Shown: positions 56,024 to 64,000 of the stretch, piece after piece
How positions within the stretch are numbered: position 1 is the first letter of the stretch
How the letters are laid out: each line of letters begins with the position of its first letter
Origin: a virus
Lineage: Duplodnaviria; Caudoviricetes
Length of the DNA stretch: 64,000 nucleotides
Reading direction: 5' to 3' (one strand)
Virus record (IMG/VR): IMGVR_UViG_3300033069_001185
Location: 64,386 to 128,385 of that record
Made by a program: the position numbers and the translations under genes
Notes under the pieces: model-generated
What the model was told of the DNA's origin: nothing
The model's database searches: none
Seen by the model: the letters and a program-made list of their open reading frames with translations, nothing else

Positions 56024-58093
56024 ATGGGCCTTAAGAAAAATGACAACCCTCTTCTGAAGACTTTAATTGAGTCTATGGAAGAGACTGCTCCGGTAGAAAA
56101 GAAAAAGAAATCTACCATATCGATGGATATGACTAACCCTTTTCCTGAACTATCAAAAAAGGAAATGGATGCATATCAAAAGAAGATCGAGAACGAAAAT
56201 CCTTTGGTGAAGTCTGTTCTGAACCTACTGAACGGACCCGGCCAGACAATCGAAAGACTTGCTTTTGAGCAAGACCCGGACCAGCACAACCAATACTTAT
56301 CAATTTACAAGACAAAGATCAAACTTCTGTCTGATGATATCCTAAAACGGATTGCAATACAAGACGATCTTGTTGCCAGCATCGTTCAGGCTCGTGGCTC
56401 AATGATGTCTTCGTTTGGTCGTCCGCAACCAGACAGATTCAGTACCGGATATAAAATCGAGCCAATGCCCGGACTTATTGATAAAATGTCGCTTGACGAA
56501 AAGAAAGCGCTTCAGAAACGTATCGCTAAATGCGAATCGGCTCTTTTGACCTGCGGTACGACGAACGGTTGGAAAGACTCCGAGTCTTTGGATTTTGGTC
56601 AGTTTTTGTACATGTCAGCCCGCGATGCTGTAACTTTTGGCCGAATCGCCACCGAAGTGGTTTATTCGGGGCCAGAAAACCAGAAGAAATTCCACAGCTT
56701 TCGGCCTATCGACGCAGGAACGATCTATCGTGCTGCACCTCAGAAAAACCAAGTGTCGGCTGTTCGAAAGAACGCCCTTGCCTTGCTTGAAAAGCTCAAG
56801 AACAAGAAACTGGTTCCAGAGAGATTTGCCAACGACGAGTATGACTGGGTACAAGTAATCCACACCCAGCCCCGTCAAGCATTCACTGCGGAGGAATGCT
56901 TAGTTCATAACTTCTATCCTACTACTAACATTGAGCTAAATGGCTATCCGATTACGCCACTAGACACTGCCATCACGGCGGTGTTGACTCATATCAATAT
57001 TGCTACACATAATAAGCTCTATTTCCAGTCTGGCCGTGCGGCTAGAGGCATGGTCGTAATCCGATCGGACGATGTTGATAAGCAGACAGTAGCAGCTATT
57101 CGCCAGCAATTCAATGCTTCCATCAATTCCGTCACTAATAGTTGGCGAATGCCTATTTTTGGCGTTGGCCAAGACGACGAAATCAATTGGATGCCTATCG
57201 ACAATTCGTCCCGAGATATGGAGTTCCAATATCTCTCTGACTCAAATGCCCGTACCATCCTGAGTGCGTTTCAGATGAGTCCCGACGAACTTCCGGGTTG
57301 GAGCCATCTATCCAGAGGTACAAACAGTCAGGCTTTATCAGAATCCAACACGGAATACCTGTTGACGGCCCACAGAGATGTAGGTTTGCGTCCTATGTTG
57401 GCCCATTTCCAGAACTTTATCAATCAAAGAATTCTCCCGCTGATTGATCCTGAAATTTCAACCCTTTGCTCTTTCAAGTTTGTTGGCCTTGACGCTGAAA
57501 CTGCCGAGAAAGAAGCCGCCAGAATCGGCGCTGAAGTCAACCTTCACTTAACATTAGATGAAATCCTAGAAAAAGTCCAGAAAGAGCCTCTTGGTCGTAC
57601 TCTTGGTGGCAAATTCCCGTTGAATCCTAGCTGGCAAAACGCAGTGGCACCGTATTTGCATGTTGGATACATCAGAGAGCACCTGTTTGGTATCAAAGAC
57701 GGATCAAAGGACCCTGAATTTGCTTATGTTCGCGACCCAATGTGGTTCCAATGGCAACAGTTGCAAATGCAAGCCCAGCAAATGCAACAGCAGGCACAAC
57801 AACAGCAGACACAGCCCGGCCAGCCACAGGAAGCCCAGCCTCAAGAAGGACCAAAGAACCCAAAGAAGACTCAGCAGGAAGAACCAGAGTCGGAACTGGC
57901 TAGATCTATCGATCAAGCAGCGGGTCTTTTAGCAAAGAAAGAGATACAACTCAGTCCAGCCCATAAGCAAGTTCTCGACCAACAGAAGAAAACTATTCAG
58001 CACTTCTTAGACGGCTGGGAAAAAGACTCGAAAGAAGCCATTGCTGAAATAATGGCTACTGCCAAGTTCTTTTCTACAAAGAAAAAGCAATAA
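56024..58093 (+). CDS. Portal protein
   Basis: FRPIDAGTI, GYPITPL, YFQSG...G, DMEFQ, SAFQMSPDEL, GLRP; Gln-rich tail. Confidence 0.85.
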   Translation: MGLKKNDNPLLKTLIESMEETAPVEKKKKSTISMDMTNPFPELSKKEMDAYQKKIENENPLVKSVLNLLNGPGQTIERLAFEQDPDQHNQYLSIYKTKIKLLSDDILKRIAIQDDLVASIVQARGSMMSSFGRPQPDRFSTGYKIEPMPGLIDKMSLDEKKALQKRIAKCESALLTCGTTNGWKDSESLDFGQFLYMSARDAVTFGRIATEVVYSGPENQKKFHSFRPIDAGTIYRAAPQKNQVSAVRKNALALLEKLKNKKLVPERFANDEYDWVQVIHTQPRQAFTAEECLVHNFYPTTNIELNGYPITPLDTAITAVLTHINIATHNKLYFQSGRAARGMVVIRSDDVDKQTVAAIRQQFNASINSVTNSWRMPIFGVGQDDEINWMPIDNSSRDMEFQYLSDSNARTILSAFQMSPDELPGWSHLSRGTNSQALSESNTEYLLTAHRDVGLRPMLAHFQNFINQRILPLIDPEISTLCSFKFVGLDAETAEKEAARIGAEVNLHLTLDEILEKVQKEPLGRTLGGKFPLNPSWQNAVAPYLHVGYIREHLFGIKDGSKDPEFAYVRDPMWFQWQQLQMQAQQMQQQAQQQQTQPGQPQEAQPQEGPKNPKKTQQEEPESELARSIDQAAGLLAKKEIQLSPAHKQVLDQQKKTIQHFLDGWEKDSKEAIAEIMATAKFFSTKKKQ

Positions 58094-58096
58094 CCA

Positions 58097-58858
58097 ATGG
58101 CAAAATTGTCACCAAAGGCAGTAGCTCGTATAGAAGAAGCCGTGGAAAAGCTCTTTGTTAGGGCAAAATCCCGGTTTATGGGGGGTATTCCTCCCGGTGC
58201 GCCCAAGCATCTTATCATTAGTATTGCCAAAGGTCTATCAATCCCCGGTGTTTTTCAACAAGCCGCCAGAGCCGAAGGCGTTTTGCCCAACGAGGACCTT
58301 CAGTCAACTGTAACAAAAATCGGATTGAACTATCTTGATGCTATCAAAGAACGTGCCAAAGCCAGAACTGTACAATCGGTTCAGGCGTTCCTGACAGACG
58401 CTCAGAAGAAAGGTGTCGATACAGATGTAGAAACCGTACTGGGTGGGCAAATTGCCGATCTATGGGGTAGCATAACCAGTGATGTGAAGAAAATCGTCGA
58501 ATCTGAAACCACCGCTGCAAAGAATATATCAATAACTGACGCTATATCAAAGATAAATGCCTCCGCTGGCATTAACGACCCGATCGTTTTCTTTATAATC
58601 GTTAAAGACGGTGAGGCGTGCGAAGAATGTGTGCGTCTCCATACGATGAACGGCAAGACACCCCGACTTTGGAAAATGTCAGAAATAGGTTCTGGCTATC
58701 ACAAGAAGGGCGACGATAGTCCGAAGGCGACAGGATTACACCCTCACTGCCGTTGTCAGATGGCATCGCTAATGCCCGGGTATGGCTTCGATTCCGACGG
58801 AAGAATAACCTATATATCTCAAGGTTGGGATGAACTCAAGAACCAAAGAGGATCGTAA
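58097..58858 (+). CDS. Head morphogenesis protein (Mu gpF / SPP1 gp7-like)
   Basis: D..ACEEC...LHPHCRC; follows the portal. Confidence 0.75.
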   Translation: MAKLSPKAVARIEEAVEKLFVRAKSRFMGGIPPGAPKHLIISIAKGLSIPGVFQQAARAEGVLPNEDLQSTVTKIGLNYLDAIKERAKARTVQSVQAFLTDAQKKGVDTDVETVLGGQIADLWGSITSDVKKIVESETTAAKNISITDAISKINASAGINDPIVFFIIVKDGEACEECVRLHTMNGKTPRLWKMSEIGSGYHKKGDDSPKATGLHPHCRCQMASLMPGYGFDSDGRITYISQGWDELKNQRGS

Positions 58859-61182
58859 TGGCCTACTCACTTAAAGCTATAACAAAAGACTGTAAGGGTA
58901 TGATTCTTGACGGCATTGCAGCGTCTTCTCATATCGACTCTTCTGGAGAAATCCTCGATATCGAAGGCTGCGACATTTCTTCTGTTGAAGAAGGTCTGGC
59001 TACCTGTAACTGGGAACACAAGTCAGATAGCCCTACCGACACCGTAGGCAGAATCATTTACGGCAAGAAAATCTTTTCAGCCGATGACTGCGAAGACGAA
59101 AGACAGCTTTTCTATTGGAAAAAGTCCGGAGTGCCTCTAATTTACATTGTGGTAGAGCTTATGGATCAGGACGGCCACAAAGGGGCTGCCGATCTTGCTG
59201 GAATCATTAGGCACTACTCAGACAGGAAGTTGCCCATTCTTGCCCGATACTCTATTGAAGGCTCCACTCTAAACAGAGAAGGCAACAAGCTAAAGAGCAG
59301 CATCTTCAAGAAATGTGCCATTACCCTTACTCCTTGTAACAAAGACGCCACGTCCGGATTAATATACGATCCTCAAGCCAAAGACGAGGCTGACGATTCG
59401 CTGAAGAGCCTTGTTGGAAAGATTGATAAAGTAGAGGGTACTTCAGAGTTTGCAAAACTGGGAGGTTCAGTCGAGGTTGAATTCAACCCGTTTGTAGATC
59501 CTGCCAACCCGGAAGGCTCTTTAAACAAAGCCGACCTGAAAGAACTTACACAAAAAGTACAGGAAAACAAAGCTCGACTCAATGCCAGAATCAACGATTT
59601 GGTCCAAAATACTAATGGCTCTGTCTGGAAGCACAAGAACGGTCATGTCGTAGTTGCTCTTGATCCACACAACAGAGACCAATGGCGGGCTACCTATATC
59701 GATAAAGACAACCAGCCCACAGGCCATGATGTTAGCAAAACCCATGCCGGTGCTTTGCAGTTTGCTGCCGAAATGAGAGCCGATCTGTTTGGGGAGCCTT
59801 TGAAGTCTTTAAAAAAAAATGAAGACATAGATTTAATCAAAGCCATGACTGCTGGTGGTGGTATGGGAGCCCCATCGACCCTAACAGGAGGCGCTGCTCT
59901 AAGTAGAGAGTCCGTTGAAGAGAATAGCAAAAAGAAGATCAAGAAGCTATTCAAAGACATTTTTGAGAAATGGGACGGCGATGGCGACTTCAAGACGTTT
60001 GCCAAGGCCAAACTGCCAGATGTCAGCGACAAGTTCTTGAGCACGTTCTCGGATCATCTCGACGAATACAAAGTCAAGCTAAAGAAACAGCAAACATTAA
60101 ATACGTTCCAAGAACTATCAAAACGGTTTGAGTTCTTTACCGACCTGCTAAAGCAAGAGATTCCTACACCATTCGAGACTTCGTTTCAAGGCAAGAAGAT
60201 ACGTCCCGGCTATGGAGAAGTGAACGGTAGTCGTGTCGCCATTCTAGGCAGTGACGACACCCATCATTTCCATGTTCCCTTGGACAAGAAACACTCTTGG
60301 TCTGATACGGATATTCAAAAGACGCCAAAAGACAAGATGTTTGTCACACAACCTTTGGTCCAGCTTGAAGAGCCACACAGGATCGGCGTAGAACATGCGA
60401 AGATTGTACATCCATCCATGGCTAAAGACATTGAAGGGCTGGATCTCAATCCGAAGAACGGTCTGAATGGACAGTTTGGCGAAGAGGGCTCAAACAAAGA
60501 AGCGTTCTGGACCAAACACAAAGGCAAAACATACTTTGTGAAACCGGACCACTGGCCAGACGGCGATATGGGAGAAGCCCACCGAGAAGGGGCTTTCCAT
60601 ATTCTAGGCAAAGATTTCTTCGGTATTGATAAACATTTGTTGCCAACAGCCCATGTCATTAATCCAATGACTGGTGAGCAGACGGCTATTGTTGAGCACG
60701 ATCCAGAAGGTCGGCACGCCAATCCAGACGAACAAGAAGATATCAATGCATTGCACAATCTAGGCCGTGACGGCGTTCTTGAAAAGCTGGGCTTGGTCGA
60801 TATGATCACTGGCAATGCCGATAGACACGATGGAAACTATCTCCTCAATGATAGCGGCGGTATCAAGCTTATTGATCATGGCCTCGCTTTTGATAGTTAT
60901 CATGGCGAACCGACTGTGTATCCAGACTACCTTTCGCAATACGAAGCTATAAGAGAAAACCAAGGGTTAAGTCCAGACGAACCTCTTAATCCACAGACAA
61001 TTCAATGGATTAACAGTCTGGATCCAGAGCAAATGGCAAAGAAGATGCTGGATCTTGGAATACCACACAAATACGTAGCAGAGAGTGCCGATAGACTTCA
61101 GGCATTAAAGCAATATGCCAATTCTCCGAACCCTACCCGGAAGAATGCTTACACGAGCCCGTTCCATTTCAAGCTGGACTAA
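58858..61182 (+). CDS. Prohead protease fused to a C-terminal PI3K/HipA-like kinase domain
   Basis: N-terminal DSSGEI, NWEH, YSIEG, AITLTPCN; C-terminal FVKP, HRE, GNADRHDGN, LIDHGLAF. Confidence 0.8.
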   Translation: MAYSLKAITKDCKGMILDGIAASSHIDSSGEILDIEGCDISSVEEGLATCNWEHKSDSPTDTVGRIIYGKKIFSADDCEDERQLFYWKKSGVPLIYIVVELMDQDGHKGAADLAGIIRHYSDRKLPILARYSIEGSTLNREGNKLKSSIFKKCAITLTPCNKDATSGLIYDPQAKDEADDSLKSLVGKIDKVEGTSEFAKLGGSVEVEFNPFVDPANPEGSLNKADLKELTQKVQENKARLNARINDLVQNTNGSVWKHKNGHVVVALDPHNRDQWRATYIDKDNQPTGHDVSKTHAGALQFAAEMRADLFGEPLKSLKKNEDIDLIKAMTAGGGMGAPSTLTGGAALSRESVEENSKKKIKKLFKDIFEKWDGDGDFKTFAKAKLPDVSDKFLSTFSDHLDEYKVKLKKQQTLNTFQELSKRFEFFTDLLKQEIPTPFETSFQGKKIRPGYGEVNGSRVAILGSDDTHHFHVPLDKKHSWSDTDIQKTPKDKMFVTQPLVQLEEPHRIGVEHAKIVHPSMAKDIEGLDLNPKNGLNGQFGEEGSNKEAFWTKHKGKTYFVKPDHWPDGDMGEAHREGAFHILGKDFFGIDKHLLPTAHVINPMTGEQTAIVEHDPEGRHANPDEQEDINALHNLGRDGVLEKLGLVDMITGNADRHDGNYLLNDSGGIKLIDHGLAFDSYHGEPTVYPDYLSQYEAIRENQGLSPDEPLNPQTIQWINSLDPEQMAKKMLDLGIPHKYVAESADRLQALKQYANSPNPTRKNAYTSPFHFKLD

Positions 61183-61185
61183 ACC

Positions 61186-62292
61186 ATGATCTCAAATATC
61201 TTTTATGTTTATAGCGTCTTTCCTAAAGAAGACAAGCTGGATCGACGGTTTCTGGGTAAGTTTTTGCTGGATTCCGAAGGCGATCTCCATGTTCTGGAAG
61301 ACCATTACAAGAAGCTAGCCAGATTGGAAACAGACGACTCAGATCTTGCTGCCCGAAAGATACAATCATTACAGGATTCAATGTATACAGAAGTGGTTTG
61401 TCTGCAAGACATTGTTGATGGTAAGCGTCCGGACCTGATCCAAGAGACTGAATCCCAACCAAAAGATACTGGCCCAAATGTATCAGAATACGAGTATCAT
61501 AGAATCGGTCTGGAATCGCCCCAAACACTAAGATTCGAAAATGGTCAAGCTTTTCTTGACGGCCACCCCATAAGTGATATAGAGTTGGACAAACTAATGG
61601 AAAACGTGCAATCCCAAAAGGCCCATCTTGATCGAAAAGAAGTCAAGAGCGAATTGGAAAAAAAAGAAGAGCTTTTCCGTTCTCTGGCTAAAGCCGATCC
61701 CAGCTTGGCGGAGGCGTTGAGTCACATACGCATGGCCGTCAAAGACGGCTCTATGCACCCAGACGTTCTCAAGACAATCACTGGACATATCTTTAAAGAT
61801 ACCATGATTCCTTCCATGGGCAACAAAAAGGCCTATCAGGACTTTCTTTCCAGACCGAAACAGGGTGTACATGTTCATCTTGACGCTAATGATTTCGGCT
61901 CAATCAACAAGGTTCACGGATTTGAAATTGGCGATCAGGCCATCAAAGCATACGGCACCGCAATCAGGAATGCCCTTGACGAATCGGTAGGCAGAGCAAA
62001 CGCAAAGGCTTTCCGAGTTGGTGGTGACGAGATTTTTGTACATGTGCCTTCGCACGAACATGCAGCTCGTTTTGTTAGAGCGGTAAAGAAGCACTTTGCA
62101 AAGATTGCGCCAATAAACGGAACTCATCAGGTTTCGGCGTCTATTGGCGTCGGTGAAGATCCGAAGACGGCAGAACACGCCTTGATACAGGCCAAAACCA
62201 TGAAAAAGGCATCGGCTTATAAACTCGGGGAAGCAAAGACTCACGCCTACTCAGCCGTTAAAGGTCAAGAAGGACATCTGTCAGTCGATTAG
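61186..62292 (+). CDS. GGDEF-domain (diguanylate-cyclase-like) protein
   Basis: LDANDFGSINKVHGFEIGD, FRVGGDEI, ASIGV. Confidence 0.85.
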   Translation: MISNIFYVYSVFPKEDKLDRRFLGKFLLDSEGDLHVLEDHYKKLARLETDDSDLAARKIQSLQDSMYTEVVCLQDIVDGKRPDLIQETESQPKDTGPNVSEYEYHRIGLESPQTLRFENGQAFLDGHPISDIELDKLMENVQSQKAHLDRKEVKSELEKKEELFRSLAKADPSLAEALSHIRMAVKDGSMHPDVLKTITGHIFKDTMIPSMGNKKAYQDFLSRPKQGVHVHLDANDFGSINKVHGFEIGDQAIKAYGTAIRNALDESVGRANAKAFRVGGDEIFVHVPSHEHAARFVRAVKKHFAKIAPINGTHQVSASIGVGEDPKTAEHALIQAKTMKKASAYKLGEAKTHAYSAVKGQEGHLSVD

Positions 62293-62574
62293 GCATTCAA
62301 ATACACCGGCCTCTAACGCTCTTTTCAGAGATTCCGGGTTTGATATCAAAATATCGCCAGCATAGATTGTGACGTTGTTGACCGTCATATCAATACTTTT
62401 AATGATAGTGTAAGACTCCCTAGCTGGGAATCCATTATTGCTGCATAGCCAAACGCCGTCTTGTACGGAATCGTCTATAAAAACAAGAGCGATTTGATTA
62501 GAACCCTGTGTAAACACGATCTCAGAATCAACAAAACTGTTAAGGTAGTCGCCGGTAATGATATCGTCAATCAC
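62281..62574 (-). CDS. Hypothetical protein
   Basis: GTG start after AGG; converges on the GGDEF gene. Confidence 0.5.
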   Translation of the reverse strand: MIDDIITGDYLNSFVDSEIVFTQGSNQIALVFIDDSVQDGVWLCSNNGFPARESYTIIKSIDMTVNNVTIYAGDILISNPESLKRALEAGVFECLID

Positions 62575-62596
62575 CTAACCTAGATTAGGGGAAATA

Positions 62597-62845
62597 TCAA
62601 AAAACAAATACGAGGACAACGTTAGGCTGCAAAAGTAGCTCGTTTAGCGAGTCGCTATTGCAAGCTATTGTCAATATTGACTTTTGCCGAAGGATTTTTC
62701 TTTGCCAGTCCGGATCTGTTAGCTGAAAATAGTTTTCTTGTCGCCCTGTGAAGTCAAATTTATATATGCCATCGAAAAGACCTTCGCATATATTTATGCT
62801 TATGTCCTTCCGTCGCCAGCTTTTGGAAAGCTTAATTCCTTGCAT
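62597..62845 (-). CDS. Hypothetical protein
   Basis: ORF in operon. Confidence 0.45.
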   Translation of the reverse strand: MQGIKLSKSWRRKDISINICEGLFDGIYKFDFTGRQENYFQLTDPDWQRKILRQKSILTIACNSDSLNELLLQPNVVLVFVF

Positions 62846-63082
62846 TTCTGACTATCCTGCCAACTGTAGCAAAGCCTATTCCGGTTTTAGATGCTATCTC
62901 GCGATAGGTCAGGCCAAGCTCTTTTAGAGACAAAACGGACTGGATAGTGTCAGCGCTTGTTTTCGGTCTACCACGAACGCCCTTTGACAGACAAAACTTA
63001 CAAGTAGCTCTTTTACTGTAGAAGTCCTTTACTTCTAGGACCAGAAAGCACCCATACGACACTGTTTAGTTTGCAGGGTCAC
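62832..63082 (-). CDS. Zn-finger + HTH protein, possibly frameshifted near the start
   Basis: GTG at 63082 reads MTLQTKQCRM, other frame continues CFLVLEVKDFY...CKFC...LTYREIASKTG. Confidence 0.45.
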
Positions 63083-63267
63083 TTTGCAGCCGCAAGGACT
63101 TCTGAAAAGGTCCAGATACGCCCAGTTCCGTTGTCGTTGATTTGATACCCGCGTTCGCCGCAAGCATAAGGCATAGGCTTGGAGAAATCTGGCAAAACCG
63201 TCAAGCCAATCAAGAAGATGCCCCTTGCAGCAAGGATTTTCATGGTTTTGCGATTGAAGTCGTTCAT
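63079..63267 (-). CDS. Small hypothetical protein (MNDFNRK...)
   Basis: GGAG RBS and own promoter. Confidence 0.6.
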   Translation of the reverse strand: MNDFNRKTMKILAARGIFLIGLTVLPDFSKPMPYACGERGYQINDNGTGRIWTFSEVLAAAK

Positions 63268-63288
63268 TCTTATCTCCAAGTGCGGCTG

Positions 63289-63318
63289 TTTATAGCAAAC
63301 TTATTGATATGGTGTCAA
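63289..63318 (-). promoter_or_regulatory. sigma70-like promoter TTGACA-N18-TATAAA (TG extended)
   Basis: TTGACAccatatcaataagttTGcTATAAA. Confidence 0.7.
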
Positions 63319-63380
63319 TACCAACAAACGCCTAGATTTCTTTTAGCCAGTTTTACTACCTGAACTGTAAAATCACTCAT
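63315..63380 (-). pseudogene. 21-codon chimeric remnant: RNA-ligase N-terminus fused to helicase C-terminus
   Basis: MSDFTVQVVKL-AKRNLGVCWY* versus ligase MSNFSVQVVKI and helicase SKQNLSVCWY*. Confidence 0.65.
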
Positions 63381-64000
63381 CTCACCAACCTCAAATAATC
63401 ATCGAAATTAACTTCGATGTGGCTTTTCAAACCATCCAAACTGTCGATTGTAATGTTTGGTTGATCGTTCGCTGAGCTGGTGATTGCTATGCAATGACCT
63501 GATTTAGTTCGGTAAGCCCATGTTCGGTTGAACTTTGCGTTTTCAAGGTTTGCGTTTTCAAGGTTTGCACCAGTCAGTTTTGCATCATATAGGTTTGCAT
63601 TTTCAAGGTTTGCACCAGTCAGGTTTGCATAAGACAGGTTTGCACCAGTCAGTTTTGCACCATATAGGTTTGCATCAGTCAGGTTTGCATTTACAAGGTT
63701 TGCATCAGTCAGGCTTGTGCCAATCAGTTTTGCATCATATAGGTTTGCATTTTCAAGGTTTGCACCAGTCAGGTTTGCATCAGTCAGGCTTGTGCCAATC
63801 AGTTTTGCATTTACAAGGTTTGCATCAGTCAGGCTTGTGCCAATCAGTTTTGCATCATATAGGTTTGCATTTTCAAGGTTTGCACCAGTCAGGTTTGCAT
63901 CAGTCAGGCTTGTGCCAATCAGTTTTGCATTTACAAGGTTTGCATCAGTCAGGCTTGTGCCAATCAGTTTTGCATCATATAGGTTTGCATTTTCAAGGTT
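63377..64000 (-). CDS. Pentapeptide-repeat protein with C-terminal NxDD tag (5' end outside the window; absent from the ORF track)
   Basis: About 31 units NLENA/NLYDA/KLIGT/SLTDA/NLTGA, then ...HIEVNFDDYLRLVR*. Confidence 0.88.
   Translation of the reverse strand, partial: NLENANLYDAKLIGTSLTDANLVNAKLIGTSLTDANLTGANLENANLYDAKLIGTSLTDANLVNAKLIGTSLTDANLTGANLENANLYDAKLIGTSLTDANLVNANLTDANLYGAKLTGANLSYANLTGANLENANLYDAKLTGANLENANLENAKFNRTWAYRTKSGHCIAITSSANDQPNITIDSLDGLKSHIEVNFDDYLRLVR
63536..64000. repeat. 15-bp-unit tandem repeat with an exact 120-bp higher-order period from about 63684
   Basis: Sequence at 63721, 63841 and 63961 is identical; so is 63781 and 63901. Confidence 0.92.

Noticed and set aside
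57750-57850. CAG/CAA-rich repeat as a separate element
   Set aside because: It is the Gln-rich low-complexity tail of the portal protein.
421-62244. Numerous antisense and nested ORFs in the six-frame track
   Set aside because: They are shadows of well-supported genes on the other strand or frame and carry no motifs.
63536-64000. CRISPR array
   Set aside because: Units are 15 bp with no unique spacers and encode an in-frame pentapeptide protein; no cas genes are present.

Overview
This is a 64-kb segment of a large tailed dsDNA bacteriophage genome, with no host-type rRNA or housekeeping operon structure. Layout: (i) 1-6.1 kb (+), an M15-type endolysin and four tail-fibre/adhesin-like genes; (ii) 6.1-46.3 kb (-), a long early/middle arm with peptide deformylase, thioredoxin, RNA ligase, deaminase, nucleotidyltransferase, Dda-like helicase, PurA, vWA/MoxR pair, IMPDH, two adenine MTases, ClpP, helicase, primase, RecA, SSB, a DnaE polymerase in three genes, exonuclease, intein-containing RNR, RuvC, an HNH remnant, an odd tRNA-Met, SbcC and intein-containing GroEL; (iii) a divergent non-coding region at about 46.35-46.92 kb; (iv) 46.9-62.3 kb (+), UvsW-like helicase, truncated sigma factor, GroES, SbcD, terminase, portal, head morphogenesis protein, a prohead protease fused to a kinase-like domain, and a GGDEF protein; (v) 62.3-64 kb (-), small genes and a pentapeptide-repeat gene. 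The main unusual observations are: at least 8 dispersed small proteins sharing only a C-terminal N-[LIVF]-D-[DN]-x-x-x-[LFWV] tag; head-operon proteins that look like L-x-K|[AS]-processed precursors carrying signalling enzymes (kinase, diguanylate cyclase); a fractured DnaE with a split intein plus Vsr-like endonuclease and a second, non-catalytic intein-like clasp; two Pro-initiated class-3-type inteins, one in the GroEL DGTTT motif; and a sigma70 lacking region 4 with a free-standing sigma4-like gene 15 kb away. All functional calls come from motif recognition by eye; no database searches were run.
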